DNA of 64,000 bases from Eledone cirrhosa (Eukaryota): NCBI GenBank assembly GCA_964016885.1, contig OZ024741.1, positions 336,970,001 through 337,034,000 of the forward strand. Reading direction: 5' to 3'. Of the stretch, positions 1 to 14,062 are shown in pieces. Below the pieces are notes generated by a model. That model was given only the letters and a program-made list of their open reading frames with translations. It was not told the DNA's origin and did no database searches. A program made the position numbers and the translations under genes. Numbering within the stretch: the stretch's first letter is position 1; every line of letters begins with the position of its first letter.

Positions 1-14
1 CTGGTAGACATTTT

Positions 15-142
15 TTGCTGAGTATATTGGTGCAATGTGAAATGAAGTGTTTTGCTCAAGAACACAACACACAACCCAATCAAGGAATTAAATCCACAAC
101 ATTATGATTGCAAGTCCTACACCCTTACCATAGGTCACACAC
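15..142 (-). mobile_element. tRNA-derived SINE fragment (same family as 4637-4910 and 48226-48608)
   Basis: Reverse complement gives a tRNA-like head followed by cttgagcaaaacacttcatttcacattgc, shared with the other copies. Confidence 0.6.
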
Positions 143-1325
143 CTTCACAAGTATAACTGTGCAGATACTAATGTATGTCCACTCAAGTAAAAGAAGTTCT
201 CACTAGTGCCTCAGTAATACAATCTTATGCCCCCCCCCCCTCCCCCCTCCACATATATATAGGCTTAACAGTTAATTCATTCAAACAATAACATTACAAA
301 ATTCATATAGTTAACATGTCCTCATTCTGTTGCAAAAACAGCAAATTTTCAATCAACAAATCACATGTCTCATCCTTAAAAGTTCCTCAACATCCTCTTA
401 TATTGTTTGAAAAACTACTATTTGCCAGGCAATACAGCAACAATAATGGTTTCTGATTTAGGCAACAATTTTTGGGGAAGGGAAAGTCAATTAAATCTAC
501 CCTAGTGCATTACTGGTACTTTACAGCCATAATAATAAGCCATGCCAACTCCTGAATCATATGAATTGCTTCTCTCTAAACTAAATTTACTCAGCAAATA
601 CTCCAACTTTATCTTTATGAGCTGCCATCAAACCTTCTAATCCTGACCTATTTTAGACCTAACAATTTCTCAATCGAGTTACACCTTCTTCCAATACTTT
701 TACATTTACCCACAAACAATGCCAATAAGAACCCACACACCATATTTTTGTTCCTTCTTTTTTCTTTATCTATATAGAAGAATATTAATTCATTGATATC
801 TGTTTTTCTTTTACCCTCGTATCTGTCTATATATATGTTTGTAAACAAACATATTTGTAGAAGCATAAAATGACTTTATATATTACAATGTACACATCTG
901 TGAGAAAATCTTAACCACACACAAGAACACTAATGTTTACATTTATTTTGAAGAAAATAAGAAGTTCTCTAGTGTAAGGACGAAAACTCTAAATGCTTCT
1001 TCTGTCATTTATCTTCATTTTCACTTTGGAAAACGATGTTCATGTTTGTGAATTTTATCGATTTTTTTGCAGTCTTTTTCTCAATATTTTTCTTAATATT
1101 TTTCTTTAAAAAAGTGGCTGCTAAGCATTCTATCAAAGACGATGTATAACGATGATTTAATCAATGAATTAACACAAGTTATAAGAATATTTTGCTTTCG
1201 GAGATGTTTTTAATGTTACTTAATATTATCATGTAATCAATTAACAGTTGTGGATACACAACATTATTTTTAGAACAAAAGACTACCTCACATTTAAAAA
1301 CAAAATTTATCCTGCAACACTATCA

Positions 1326-1494
1326 CTGTGTATACTCGAGTATAAGTTAACTCCTAATGTATGTCTGAGAAATAAGCGAAAATCTAAACCCCATTTATAA
1401 ACCGAGACAGCTAATCAACATATATAAGCCAACCTCCCATTTTACTATTGAATTTTGGTCGCATATTCCTTGGCTTATATTCAAGTATATATGT
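1326..1494. mobile_element. Degenerate pogo/Tigger-like MITE
   Basis: Imperfect terminal inverted repeats ctgtgtatactcgagtataag ... cttatattcaagtatatatgt. Confidence 0.5.
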
Positions 1495-1714
1495 TGATCT
1501 GCCAGTAAAGATATGATAAACATTTGAATAAATAAACACATATTTAGAATAGACAAATCTATTTATAATTAGTGTTGGGGTTGATCAAAGAACAGAGGCA
1601 AGAATAGTTTATATAAGTTATTCTGCCCTTGTGATGATGAAAATGTTTCTTCAATTTTTGTTATAATGAATGTGAACTTTTTGAACTTTTCATCCAACTC
1701 ATAATAAAATGTCA

Positions 1715-2725
1715 AATATCTTGAGAATTATTCACTTTGATGAATACAGGGACATAACTAGGGAAAATAGTGTCTATGGCAAGTAATGAAATTGCATCCC
1801 TGCCCAAACGATCCCAGCACTGTATTTGTACTTATCGGCCTTGTAATAATTTATATAAATGGTTTAATAATCCAGCTCCCATAGTGTTTATCAACTATGA
1901 TAACCAAAGAGAGATCATACATATGAAGTTTATTTTTTCTCTCTTTGATGTTAGCGTATCTACCTTTAATAGAAAGTGCCCCTTATCCAAGTGGTGCCTA
2001 TGGCACGTGCCATGCTTTCCATACACTAGCTACACCTCTGGTTGTTCACCAACATGTTGATATGTGAAATGAAATGGAATAGATCTCTATCAGTTTTGAC
2101 AACGAATGTTCTAGTTGTGCTTTTAACAGAACAGCCTGCTCATGAAATTAATGTGTAAGTGACTGAGCATTCCACAGCTATTTGCCTTTTGGTGCCACCT
2201 CTTATCTTTCATTTTCTGGAGACTACCCTGAATTTTTAATTTAATAGCTTTATACCTTATGTCTTGGTTAGTATTATTTGATTTACATACACATTTTTTA
2301 CATAGTTGTTGCTTATTGTGAAGAAGATTAGGAATTTCCAAGTCATTGTCAGTAAACCAATCTGCTACTTTCTTCGATCTGTAATCCAAAGTGGAAGATG
2401 CTGTATTTTAAACTTGTAATTTGGAATTCTCAGATGGATTCTTTTGTGAAAGACGTAATGATGGTGGATGACTTGAGAAGGGAGCCCTGTGATGTGGGGT
2501 ATGTCTTATAGTGGGTGTCTCTGGCCATTCTCCATGATAATGCCTTTGCCATTTTGTTCACATGGCACGACCAAGGCACCACTCAAACTGGGGTGTAGTT
2601 TTTGTCCCACTCTCTTTCCCTTTTTTTTGTTGCTTTATCCCTTTTTCTTTTTCTTTTCATTTCCCTTTTTTTTTGTTCCCTTTAATAGTGTGTTTAGTTT
2701 TTGTATAAACAGCTTTGTAAAATAA
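1715..2725 (+). pseudogene. Possible highly decayed Tx1/L1-like LINE remnant
   Basis: FTLMNT..LGKIV at ~1730 resembles the RT motif ITLLNT..ILAKVL; T-rich 3' UTR-like stretch ending in aataaa at ~2721; many stops. Confidence 0.25.
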
Positions 2726-3049
2726 ACTAATTTAGAATGAAACACCTATAAGTGTATTATGAAATATTTGCAATCAAGTGGGTGAAATAAAGTTTTCTTT
2801 GGTATACTAGAGCCTTTCTTTCTAATTTTGGGCTGGACAGAAAAAACGACCCCCCCCCCTCCATCATTAGCCTTTGGTCTGTCTAGTATTCTGTTGTGAA
2901 CATCTTTCTAATCTAATTTCCATACCAGAACATGATAAATATGATACCAGTGATTAGGGGCATGTTTATGTTTATCTACTTTTCCTTCTGCTTAAAGAAA
3001 ATATTTCTGATAGCCAGTTGAGGCTCTGTGCAGAATGTGAAAAGGGATA

Positions 3050-3130
3050 GAGGTTAGCGTTAGAGTTAGAGGGTAGGTGTTGGGGTTAAGGTTAGTTTTA
3101 GGGTTGGGTTTAGGGTAAGGGTTTAGGGTC
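3050..3130 (+). repeat. Degenerate interstitial (TTAGGG)-like repeat
   Basis: ggttagcgttagagttagagggtagg...tttagggttgggtttagggtaagggtttagggt. Confidence 0.65.
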
Positions 3131-3629
3131 TCACTATAACCTGACATTTAGGCATCATATAACCTACCTTTCTCTCAGAGAGAAATTCCCTTTCTTGTAT
3201 GTATCTAAGTATCTGTCTGTATGTGTGTGATACAGTTGAGTATTTAAGTCGATGTTTTTGCCTTAAAAAAAAATAAAAAGAAGGAAAAACAAAAAAAACG
3301 AAAACAAACAAACCCAACTCAAATACTTGACTATATTATATTTCACACACACTGATACTAAGTATTTAAGTTGGGTTTGTTTTTTGTTGTTTTATATCAA
3401 TTATAATCTTTTTACTAATAATTCAATAACAATGCAAGTTTCTTAATACAATATTTTATTCGTATTTCTAATTATAACTCCACTCTAAAAATATTCAGTG
3501 AAGCTATTCACATTCAAGACATCTTTTTGCAAGGAATTGTAAGATGAAAATGTAGATTGAAACAAAATTATGGATATAGAATTGTTATGGGGTTTTATAT
3601 AAACTGTATTGATTTGATCGTTTATTTAG

Positions 3630-3775
3630 AATGCACAATATCTTACATCTTCAATGAGCAAAATTCTTCTCTATTTACTTGGAACATTTCAACATTTTAT
3701 GACATCCAGAATTATTCTTACTTGAATTCATATTTGTGGAGCCAAAGCTGCATTATTTACTATCAGAATACAGAT
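3630..3775 (+). CDS. Candidate internal exon of an unidentified host gene
   Basis: tttatttAG acceptor, GAT|GTAAGC donor, single open frame ECTISYIFNEQNSS...YYQNTD with three N-x-S sequons. Confidence 0.3.
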
Positions 3776-4262
3776 GTAAGCTATCACCAGAATTTATTAT
3801 AATTTCTAACATTGGCTCTCTGAATAACTTGGAAGATAACCAAGAAATAGGAAGACAAGAAAGTAATTTTACTACAATAAAAATTGCTTCCAAATGATAT
3901 TCAGATAAAAGTCACTGAAAGATCAAAATAATTTCAGTATTTTTCCTAAATTTACTTCCAAATTTCTTCTAATAATATTGCTTTTTTTATATCTTCCACA
4001 TGCTGAGTATTTTAATGTAATATAAAGAATCTCTCTTTAACTGAATTGTTTTATTTCTTTTTGTTGTATATAATTCATTTGATATTTACAAAAATATAAG
4101 GATCTGATTAGCAAAGATTGGATAAAGTTACTTTTAGGGTTATTAACTTTTTTTCTTTCTGAGAAATAATCAATCAACATTGCCAAAAATCTTATTTAGT
4201 CTCAGATTTATATCGTCATACAACATTCCATATTTTTATTTTTTTTACACACTCTCCATGAG

Positions 4263-4319
<57 letters not shown>

Positions 4320-4361
4320 TTTTTCATATTAATTCTTCATAGAGTTTGTATGCTTTTTTAG

Positions 4362-4515
4362 ATCTATGTTCAAAAGGCTCACAGAACTACCAATAATGTA
4401 AAAGATAAACCAAACTTTCAAAATCCTTTCTACAATTATCAGAAAATGACAGCAAAATCTCAAAATGACAATGAATTCATTGGAAAAGAGGCATCACATT
4501 ATGAAGAGTTATCAG
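4362..4515 (+). CDS. Candidate internal exon, receptor cytoplasmic-tail-like (FQNPFY, YEEL)
   Basis: tgcttttttAG acceptor, CAG|GTAATG donor, 51 open codons IYVQKAHR...FQNPFY...HYEELS. Confidence 0.4.
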
Positions 4516-4636
4516 GTAATGGAATAAAATGTATGTTTTGGTTGTGATGTAATGAAGACATTCTTGCATTTTAGACTTAAAAATATTTGTTTTTGGCAGA
4601 GACATGAAAACCAGATGCAGATGGTAAGGTGGAAAC

Positions 4637-4910
4637 ATGTGGCTTAGATATAAGGGTGTTGGACTTACAATCATAATGTCATGGGTTCGATTCCTGGGCT
4701 GGGTTGCATCTTGTGTTCTTGAGCAAAGCACTTCATTTTTCATTGCTCCAGTATACTCAGCTGAAAATGAGTACCAGTAATAACTGGGGGGTTTAACACT
4801 GCAATCGACTGGCTTTCTATCCAGGGGGAGTCTTATACTTTCAGACGTGTCATGTCAAAACTGGGATAAGCACTGGCCTGATGAGCCTCATGGCTTGAGA
4901 CAGACTTTAA
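4637..4910 (+). mobile_element. tRNA-derived SINE
   Basis: A-box-like tggcttagatataag, B-box ggttcgattcc, body cttgagcaaagcacttcat...ctcagctg. Confidence 0.75.
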
Positions 4911-5587
4911 ACTAGACATGATGATAAGGAAATGGAATTGTTGAATGATTATTATATATTAAAACAAATAGCCAATATTTATATAAGTACCTAGTCTACC
5001 CTGTAAGATATTAATGCTAGAAGACTGATAAAATGTTCCCAGTACACACTGTAAAGTAGTTGGCATTAGGAAGAGCATCTAGCCATAGAGATCAAGCCAA
5101 AACTTGAATTTATGAGCAAGACTGGGACATGTGATTTATCTAGTCTCAGTATGTGACAACCCGTCTAACCCATGCAAGCATGTAAAATAGGTGTGAAGTG
5201 ATGATGATGATTAGGATTAAATGCAATTAGTAGCAATCATTTTGATCTTTATTTGTATTAAGGTAAATTTGATTTATTTTTGTTCTTGAAAGAATGATTG
5301 TTACAAAGAATGAACAGAAGGTTCTACAGCCATGCATGGAACAAGGAAACCTCTCTAGTGCTGGTACCACAATAAAATGCACCTAGTACACTCTGTAAAG
5401 TGATTGGTGCTAGGAAGAATATTGAACGCTGGAAACTACTGAGACTAACTTCAGTAAAACAAATTCAAAAATCAATACAATTAATATATCAATTATATTA
5501 ATTGTGTAGATATGTTTTGCCTTCTTTTATTTCTGAACCTTTTGAGTTTTTGAAGTAACAGAACTTATTGAAATGATAAGAAAGCAT

Positions 5588-5740
5588 ATTGGCAGTGTCA
5601 TTAGAATGTCAGATAAAATGCTTTAAAGTATTTGTTATAGTTCTCTGCTTTCTGTGTTCAAATCCTGTTGAGATCAACTTTGCCTTTCATCCTTTCAGGG
5701 TCAATAAAATAAAGTACTGGCACAGTAGTGGCATTGATTC
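5588..5740 (+). mobile_element. SINE (family with ctttgcctttcatcc...ggggtcgataaaataaagtacc core)
   Basis: tggcagt A-box, gttcaaatcc B-box, conserved core shared with 9250-9470 and 58960-59395. Confidence 0.7.
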
Positions 5741-6087
5741 TTCCTTTATATCTCTTACTCGCTCTCTCTCTATCACTCTTTTGCCTTCTATGAAAGAAAT
5801 AGGATGAAGAGGGTTGGGCTCTACCAAGTTTAAAATGCTAACAATATGGTGCATGTCACTATGGCATCCATATGACTCCATCAGGAGTTATGTATCCATA
5901 CATACAATTGAAATGATGAAGGAATGAAATATAGAACAGATTCAGTATGGATCTTTATCCAGAACTATTATCACCAGAAGATTATGTTGTCTATGCATAT
6001 GTCATATTTTATATATATATATATGGAAGGATGTTTGGAATGTGACTAGCTAAGTTTAGAATTGAGATAGAAATAGAAGCATTGCTG

Positions 6088-6236
6088 TAATATTTTTGAC
6101 TATAATATAGTTTAATAATGAGGCATGACACACTGAATGGAAAAAGATGGGTATAAGCAAACATGACACCCATCTTTTTCCATTTAGTGGATTTATATGC
6201 CTCATTATTTGACTATATTATAGTCAAAAATATTAT
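6088..6236. repeat. Foldback/MITE-like inverted repeat
   Basis: taatatttttgactataatatagt...aatggaaaaagatgggt mirrored by acccatctttttccatt...actatattatagtcaaaaatatta. Confidence 0.8.
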
Positions 6237-6649
6237 GTCAAAGATTCTATTTTTATATTTGAAAAAAAAAACAAAAAAACAAACAAATATATATATATCA
6301 CCATCATCATTGTTTAGAATCTGTTTTCTCTGATAGCAAGAGTTGGACATGTTGTCAGATTAGTTGGTACTAAAGCAGAGCTACAGACCTCTAGGTGGGT
6401 CAGTTTTTGGTATACAATCCTTGGCTCTATGAAGAACATTTTATCATGGTAGTGTTTATCATATAGATCACCAACACTAAGGAGGTTGTCATGTCTGAGG
6501 TACACTGGAAGAATCCTTCTGGTCTATTGTTAGTCAAGTTTTCTATGGCTGGATACCCTTCCTATCACCAAACACTAATATATATATACATATATGTGCT
6601 TGTATGTATATATATATATCTATATATATATATATATATATATATAAAT

Positions 6650-6738
6650 ATATATAAGTGGAAGCTTAGTAAAATCGAAGCTTTGGCTGTAGCCAAGCAA
6701 AGCTGACCTACAATAAGGAATGAGTAGCAAAGCACTCA

Positions 6739-6770
<32 letters not shown>

Positions 6771-8943
6771 TCATATATATATATACATATAAACAGAAAT
6801 CCAAACTTCAGAAAAAATAAACTCAATACAGGGAACTACAGAAATAGTCTTAGGCTGAACCGAAACCAACACACAACACATAAGTTTAAGGAAGAGAATA
6901 ATGGATACAATAAAGCAATACACAACAATTACAAAAATTACTCCACACAAAATACTAACAGGAGGAATAATATAGAGGAACCCACAGGTACAGGGACACG
7001 AGATGGCACAAAGTCATGAAAAACCGAAGATAATCAACCTCCCCCAAATAGATATCCTAAACAAAGGATTAAAATTTACACCAACACATCAAACATCAAA
7101 TGTAGCAGAAATTTAAGATGATATTTCGGACTTCTGTAGAAGACTCATACTAGTAGAACATTTTTTAAAGAAGATAGTAGCAAATCACTAGAAAAAAAAC
7201 AAAAAAGAATTCCAACCCCTAAAAGGCAGAAATGCAGCCCTGGATGAATTCTGTGACGACATCTCAAACTTCCTAATTTATAACCTGAAAATGCCACAAG
7301 CAAAGTCAAACTTCAGCAGACAACAATGGAAACAACTAAACGACCTAAAACTGGGTAAAAATATTGTTATAAAAGAAGCTGACAAAGGAGGCGCAGTTAT
7401 CATTATGGACACAAACCATTACAAAAATATTATACAGAAATTGTTATGAGACAATTCATACTATGAAGAAGCCAAATAATACAAACGTCATAAGGTGATG
7501 TAACAACTTACTGATTTACTACACCCATACCGAACCTGTTTAACAGACAAGGAATGTGTCTACCTCACAAATTTTAGAAGTAAAACAAGCAATCTGTTGG
7601 GCCGGCCTAAAGTGCACAAACATAAACCTATTAATGAAACATGCAATATGATGAATATAAACTGTGTAAATATACTCACACCAATCGACTTTAAACAATA
7701 CCCATCATAGCAGACCCAATTTGTGAAACACATCGCCTAAGTAATTTCTTTGACATCGTATTAAAACCTCTCATCAAACAGATCCGGATTTTCCTACGAG
7801 ATGACCTAGATTTTCTCAACCATCTACCAAATATAGTAAACCAAAATATTTACACGGTTTCATTTGATGTTGTGAACCTATATAGCAACATCCCTCACAA
7901 ATACGGAATCGAAGCTATCCAATACTGGCTAAACGGATACCCTCATGAGCTACCAGGCTGTATTAATAGAAACCGGATCATAGAATGTCTTGAATTCATC
8001 CTAAAAACAATTACTTCATATTTCACGTAACACCCTACCAACAGAAATGAGGAACAGCCATGGGTACTAAAGTAGCCCCCAACGTATGCCGACTTAGTCT
8101 TGGGACAACATGAACTATAAATCTACGAAAAAGCTTTGAAAATTTATGAGGAGTACCTTCAGTTGCTATATAAAAGGAAACTGGAAAAGATACCTAAATG
8201 ACTCCTTTATTTTGCGGGGGGGAAATTTGATGAACTAAGGAATTTTCAAACCCTCATTAATGATATAAACTCCAATATCTAATTCACTATGGAATTCAGC
8301 AACGAAAAAAAACTCCCTTTCTCAGACATACTAATAACAAAAAGAAATACAAAACTAGAAACTGACATATTTTTCAAACTCACCGACTCCCGGCAGTACC
8401 TCCTCTTCACATCTGCTCATCCAGCTCATACACGCACAAACATTCCACTTAACCTAGCTAAAAGAATTTGCCAAATAGTTTCAAACACAACAATCGACCA
8501 CATACTAGAGGAGATGAAAGACATACGCGTCAAGCGAAAATACTCTCTAAATCGATAGAAGTCAAAAAGCCCCCCCCCCCCAACAATAATAATAATATTC
8601 AAGTCCTCTGAAAAACAAATCCCAGGAAAAAAAATCATACCATACATTAGAGTTACGCCCCTTGATACAGATTTTTAAAGAAAATTTACACACAAGCGAC
8701 AAAAAAAAAAAATCAGTTGTATCACTTACTTTAGCAAGGACAGAAGCGACACAAACTCTGCAATCAAAAGCAAGCATGCAGGAGTTTTAACGAAAAAACA
8801 ATTAAAACCTAATAAGAAATGTTTTAAAGGCTTCGAACGGAGAACGCAAGCTTCGCTAACATCAATTTTTTTGTACATGTTATAAAAATCCTTTTTATAC
8901 ATATAACAGGTGCGCTTTTTGACTCTTTTATTATTATCATTTT

Positions 8944-8945
<2 letters not shown>
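6650..8945 (+). mobile_element. Decayed Penelope-like retroelement (RT region)
   Basis: Translated motifs LNKGLKFTPT, IKEADKGGAVIIMD, PKVHK, SFDVVNLYSNIPH, GTAMGTKVAP, KLPFSDI, YLLFTSAHP; many stops and frameshifts; bounded by (TA)n. Confidence 0.9.
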
Positions 8946-8974
<29 letters not shown>

Positions 8975-9197
8975 ATGGTTTCTTATATAGGCAAAATGCC
9001 AGTAATTTTGGGGGAGGGGAAAGTCGATTAAATCGACCCCAGTGCATTACTGGTATTTTATTTTATCGACCCCAAGGATGAAAGGCAAAGTTAACCTCGG
9101 CGTGATTGGAACTCAGATCATAAAAGGGCTGTAACTCTATGCTGCAAAGCATGGCGTCCGATCCTCTACCTATACTGCCAACCACCATCCTGATATA

Positions 9198-9252
<55 letters not shown>

Positions 9253-9470
9253 GCTTCTTATATAGGCACAAGACCAGCAATTTTGGCGGAGGGGAAAGTC
9301 GATTAAATCGACCCCAGTGCATGACTGGTACTTTATTTTATCGACCCCGTAAGGATGAATGGCAAAGTTAACCTCGGTGGGATTCGAACTCAGATCATAA
9401 AGGGCCGTAACTCTATGCTGCAAAGCATGGCGTCCGGCCCGCTACCGATACTGCCAATCCACCGCCCTTA
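8975..9470 (-). mobile_element. Two tandem SINE copies separated by (TA)n/(TAA)n
   Basis: Copies at ~8975-9190 and ~9250-9470 with A/B boxes on the minus strand and core tcgaccccgtaaggatgaaaggcaaagttaacctcgg. Confidence 0.85.
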
Positions 9471-9899
9471 TAATAATAATAATGATAATAAACAAGAAAG
9501 ATGGTTTCGTTTGTACATCCCTATTTATTTTGTTATAAGTATTTCAAAGACATAAGGCAGTTGTTTTACAACTGCCACTTCAGACAAAAATCCAAACGAG
9601 ATGTAAAGTTCCATTGATATGTTACCGGTCATACGTGTTATTCGCTTCGCCGACCAGTAAGCATATGTCCGAAATTTTCAAGTAGCAGTTCTTATATGTG
9701 TAGGAGATAGTTATTCCAATTGGCGTTGCTGCTTATGAACTGACTAGGGTATCAAGTTACCAGATTTTTCGCTTGACTTATTGTGTATGAACTGTTTGCT
9801 ATTTTTTTATTTTTTTATACTAGATTGTATTCACTTAGATACTAATTCTAATTTTAGATGTTTATATTTTGATGCTAATGTTATAATGTATCTATATAT

Positions 9900-12400
9900 T
9901 AATGAATGTTTAATTAATTATTTGGTGGTATATTTAACATTATTTAAGTTTTAACTATATACTCAACGAAATGTCTTATTAATTTTGTGTAAACAATAAT
10001 TAAAAATTTAAGAGCGTTTATTAATAATTTTATGTCTACTATTTATGATGTGTAGAGTCTCTGTAGAACAGAGGTCACACCTCCTAGATATAAATCCATT
10101 TATATATGGAAAAGGATGTGAGAGTTTTGACCAAGAAAGGGAGTATTCCACTTGTTTATTTTTTAGCGACCAAATCAGTTCCGACAGGGCCGTGGTAGAT
10201 CTTTTATCAGTTCTTTTGAATGAGTGGCGATGGTTGTACCACCTTTCCTTAAATCTAATAGAAGTTGCACCAACATATCTATACGTCTTATTACTCGTTT
10301 TTACTTCAATTTCATAAACAATATTTTTCTCTAAACAGTTATTTTTCATTGGGCAACTATTGTGATTTCTGTAATTGCAATTATTTACGTTACCATTCAT
10401 TGTTCCCTCCCCGTGTCTGTGTGTCCATTGGTTTATCTCATTTATGTTAATGGTGTTATCCCTGTTATTCGAGTTTCTGTTTAATCTATCAGTGTTTCTA
10501 TGCTTGCTATTATGAATTATTTCTTTATGTTTAATTCCCAGATTTCTATTGTTAATCTTCGCTATATTCTGGGCTATACGTTTGGTTGTCGAGTAAGAAA
10601 GTTTATTTCTGTGTCGATTAAAGATTTGACTGTATTTATGTGATTTAGGGAAGCATTTATCTAATGCGTTAAAAAAATCCTAGCTATGTTTTTGTAGTCC
10701 TAAGGAGTGGGGTGGATTGTACCACAGAACGGAGCGGAATCTAACTCTCTTATTTAACGTTATGGTGGTATTTAAGTTATATCTATTTGGAGCTGGGTTT
10801 GTCCCATCTCTATTGTTTTGGGTTCGAGTACCCCTATTATTTCCATTACCGTTAATTGTGTGTATGTTAGTGTTTATGTCTATGGTTTGTTTGTGTCTAT
10901 GAGTGAGTGTGTAATAGTTTCTATCTATATGCATGTACTCAATTTTGTCCTGGTAATCTGCTGTAGCTAATTCATTATTATAGTATCTAGCATTGCCATC
11001 GAATATTTCCCTGTTGGCCGAGATTCTAGAGATTCTCTGTTCTACACTTTTTACTATTGCCTTATTAAGGTTTCTAGGGTGGTTTGAGAAGTAGATAACA
11101 TAACTGAGGTTTTCATTTAATTTATGGTATGGGTAGACTAGGCCAGAATTAAGGTTTAACGTTATGTCGAGGAATTTGGCTATTCTACTGTTATTTCCTA
11201 TTTCTAGCTTAAGACTGTAATTATTAAAAAAAGTCTATTATTATTTTCTTTTTCCTATTTAGGGCACTGTTATGGTTAATTAAAGTGAAAAGGGCATCAA
11301 CGCAGTACAAACCTCCACCCAGTTCCGACATCCTTTGTTTTAATTAGGTGTAAGATGTAAACTCCTACAAGGTCCGTAACCTGAGCTGAGTCTGTAGATC
11401 CCATAGTAATGTCGAAGTTTTTCGGTCTGTCCGCTCGAGTACATAATTCCCCGTTGAATTCAATTATCGTTTTTTTCTGGCCGTTAGAATAATGTTAACT
11501 TCCTCACTCAATAATGTTAACGTCATTGCGTATATAAGGGCCTTATTGAGTAGTGTTGGTGGAATTGATGAGTAGTAGCTAGTTATGTCCATTTGTATAA
11601 ATTTAGTCCTATTTTTGTTTTCTAGTTCGGTGAACTATTCAATAACCTCGTTGGTTCCATAGTTTTAGTTGGGTCCTCAGCTTTAATGTTGGTATAACCC
11701 TGTCTAATATGCTCTCACTTATGATTCCTAAGTTGGATTTAGATGATGCTATAAGTCTAACTGGTAGATCTGATTCAAAATTATGTTTATGATCTTTCAT
11801 ATTAATCCTCGGTGTTCTAGATATGTAAGGTTCCGTGTGGTGTTCGATCCCTAGCTTAGTGACTATTTCCTTAGCTTCCTTATTTATTGATTCAAGGTTT
11901 TCAGACGTCGTTTTACGATACCTTTTTCATAATTCTCTAATCCCTTAAGGTTATTGGTTTTGTCAAAGTGGACCAAAATTTAGTTTTCTGATTTTCTTTA
12001 ATCATGTCCCATAGCTTTTTCAGGTGCTTCTGACCTCTGTATGGATCTTTCCTGAATTTGACACCATGTATGATTTTGACCATTTCGTTTCCAAATTCCG
12101 CTAGATATTTGTTATATGGTGGGTTTTTCCTTGTCCTAAATTTCCACTCAAGATTATTCTTAGCTAGGCTATCCCGTTTTTTGCATGTTTTCTCATCAAA
12201 ATGGTAAGCCCGCCACCGCATTCTACGTACGGAGAAATCAGTTTTCTCAGTTAGTTTTTTGGTAAACTCTCTTTCTTGGTATAGGTACATCCTTAAGTGA
12301 TGTTGAGATCTTAAAAGACTCCATCTTTTCGGTATCTGTTATAGAAGAAGGCGCTCGATTGGGATAGGAGCACAAAAATCGTGGCGTGCTTTACATCTGT
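9900..12400 (-). mobile_element. Near full-length decayed Penelope-like element, Naiad-like (RT + GIY-YIG)
   Basis: RRMRWRAYHF, FIQMDITSYY, FDITMGS, FLDITLNL, VLWYNPP, CPMKNNCL-NIVYEIEV-YVGAT-FKERWYNH, CDLC; frameshifted. Clade label is from recalled motif pattern. Confidence 0.85.
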
Positions 12401-12599
12401 TTAGAAAAAGTGGGCAGATTTTCAATCAACCAAAAATAAAATAAATAAATAAAAATGGCGTAGACTTTACAATACAATGGAGGAAACATAACAGTACGAC
12501 TGATGATGTCGCAGATGTGTGACAAAAGAACTAGACCAAAATCAATAGTAGGTAATCGAAGGTCGATTACTTAGATCGAATCCCCCTCCCCCATAAAAA

Positions 12600-12720
12600 T
12601 GGTTCTCTGTCCCTGCTGGACGTCCAACTTAGAATAACAGAAGGCGATATATACACCAACTTATATAGGAAAGCCGCCAGCAGAGACCTGTTTCTGCATT
12701 ATATATCAGCCCTTCTTAAA
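12600..12720 (+). mobile_element. PLE RT fragment related to 28996-29889
   Basis: GSLSLLDVQLR...LYRKAASRDLF matches GSLSLLDFQLR...FYKKAASRDLF. Confidence 0.7.
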
Positions 12721-13098
12721 ATTAACAACAGTTTGGAACTAAACAGACAATACTAGTCATGAAAGGACACACACACACACACACACATACACACACACAC
12801 ACACACACTAAACAACAATTTACACAAGAAATGTGCTTCAATGAGATAATACATACGACAATTGGTGTCATCGTCCTGCTTCTCACGAATACTATAGCAA
12901 ACATCAAGTAGCGCTTGAAATAGGTTCATAAATTTTTTATTTAAATCTAATTTTAACGACAATAGACCAGAAGGTTTAGCTCTGAGTGTTTCCCATACTC
13001 CATGAAAGAGAATTTTAAGTCTCGAAATATTAGGACGAAAGAAAAATATTTCTTTTTCGTCGCATTCATTTGACCATCCATTTTGCATTGTTTTAGCC

Positions 13099-13233
<135 letters not shown>

Positions 13234-13292
13234 TGTGAGTAATGTGTGAATATATATATGTATGTGTGTGTGTGTGTGTGTATAATGTGTGA

Positions 13293-13334
<42 letters not shown>

Positions 13335-14002
13335 TTGTGTGTGAATTTATATATATACATACGTGTGTGTGTGTTAAGTATTTCCGTAGAAAAGGTAAAG
13401 GAAAAGTGCTCTATGTATTGTACAGTGATATATAATTACAGAATAAACAGCACAATATAATTATTTCATTAACGAGTGTTTCAAGAAACTAAATGAAATA
13501 GAACTAAGAAAACCGAAGTTGAACAGAAAAAAAATGAATGGAATAACAACAACCATACACAAACTCACAATAGTGACCTAAGGTAAGTATAAATAGATAT
13601 ACACGGGTACAATAACAACAACCACACATAAACACACCATTGAACAAAGATAGAATACAAACACACACAGACTCAGACACGAACACACACCAAGCAGAAA
13701 ACACACACAAATGCATGCGCAAACAGAGACAAAAAAAAAAAAAAAATAGAATAGACATTACACTTCAACGGGAGGAAACATGATAGTACCACTTATGATG
13801 TCACAGGTGTGTGATGAAAGAACTTTGATAGACGATATATATATTTATATCTATATTTTTAATCAATCCAACTCAAACAATGGGTGTGTTTTATTATTTT
13901 TTCTGGCAATATTATAACAATATGACCCTCCCCAAATATAACAATATTTGTTTTAACACACGATTTCATATCAAAAGCCTTGCAAAACAAATTCATCGCC
14001 GT

Positions 14003-14062
<60 letters not shown>

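Noticed and set aside
4876-4902. CUGAUGA-GCC-UCAU-GGC in the SINE tail
   Set aside because: No GAAA or stem III/I closure; not a complete hammerhead
10008-10400. Selenocysteine recoding as known for some Naiad PLEs
   Set aside because: No in-frame UGA at the Cys positions of the endonuclease; the nearby stop is TAA, likely a mutated GAA
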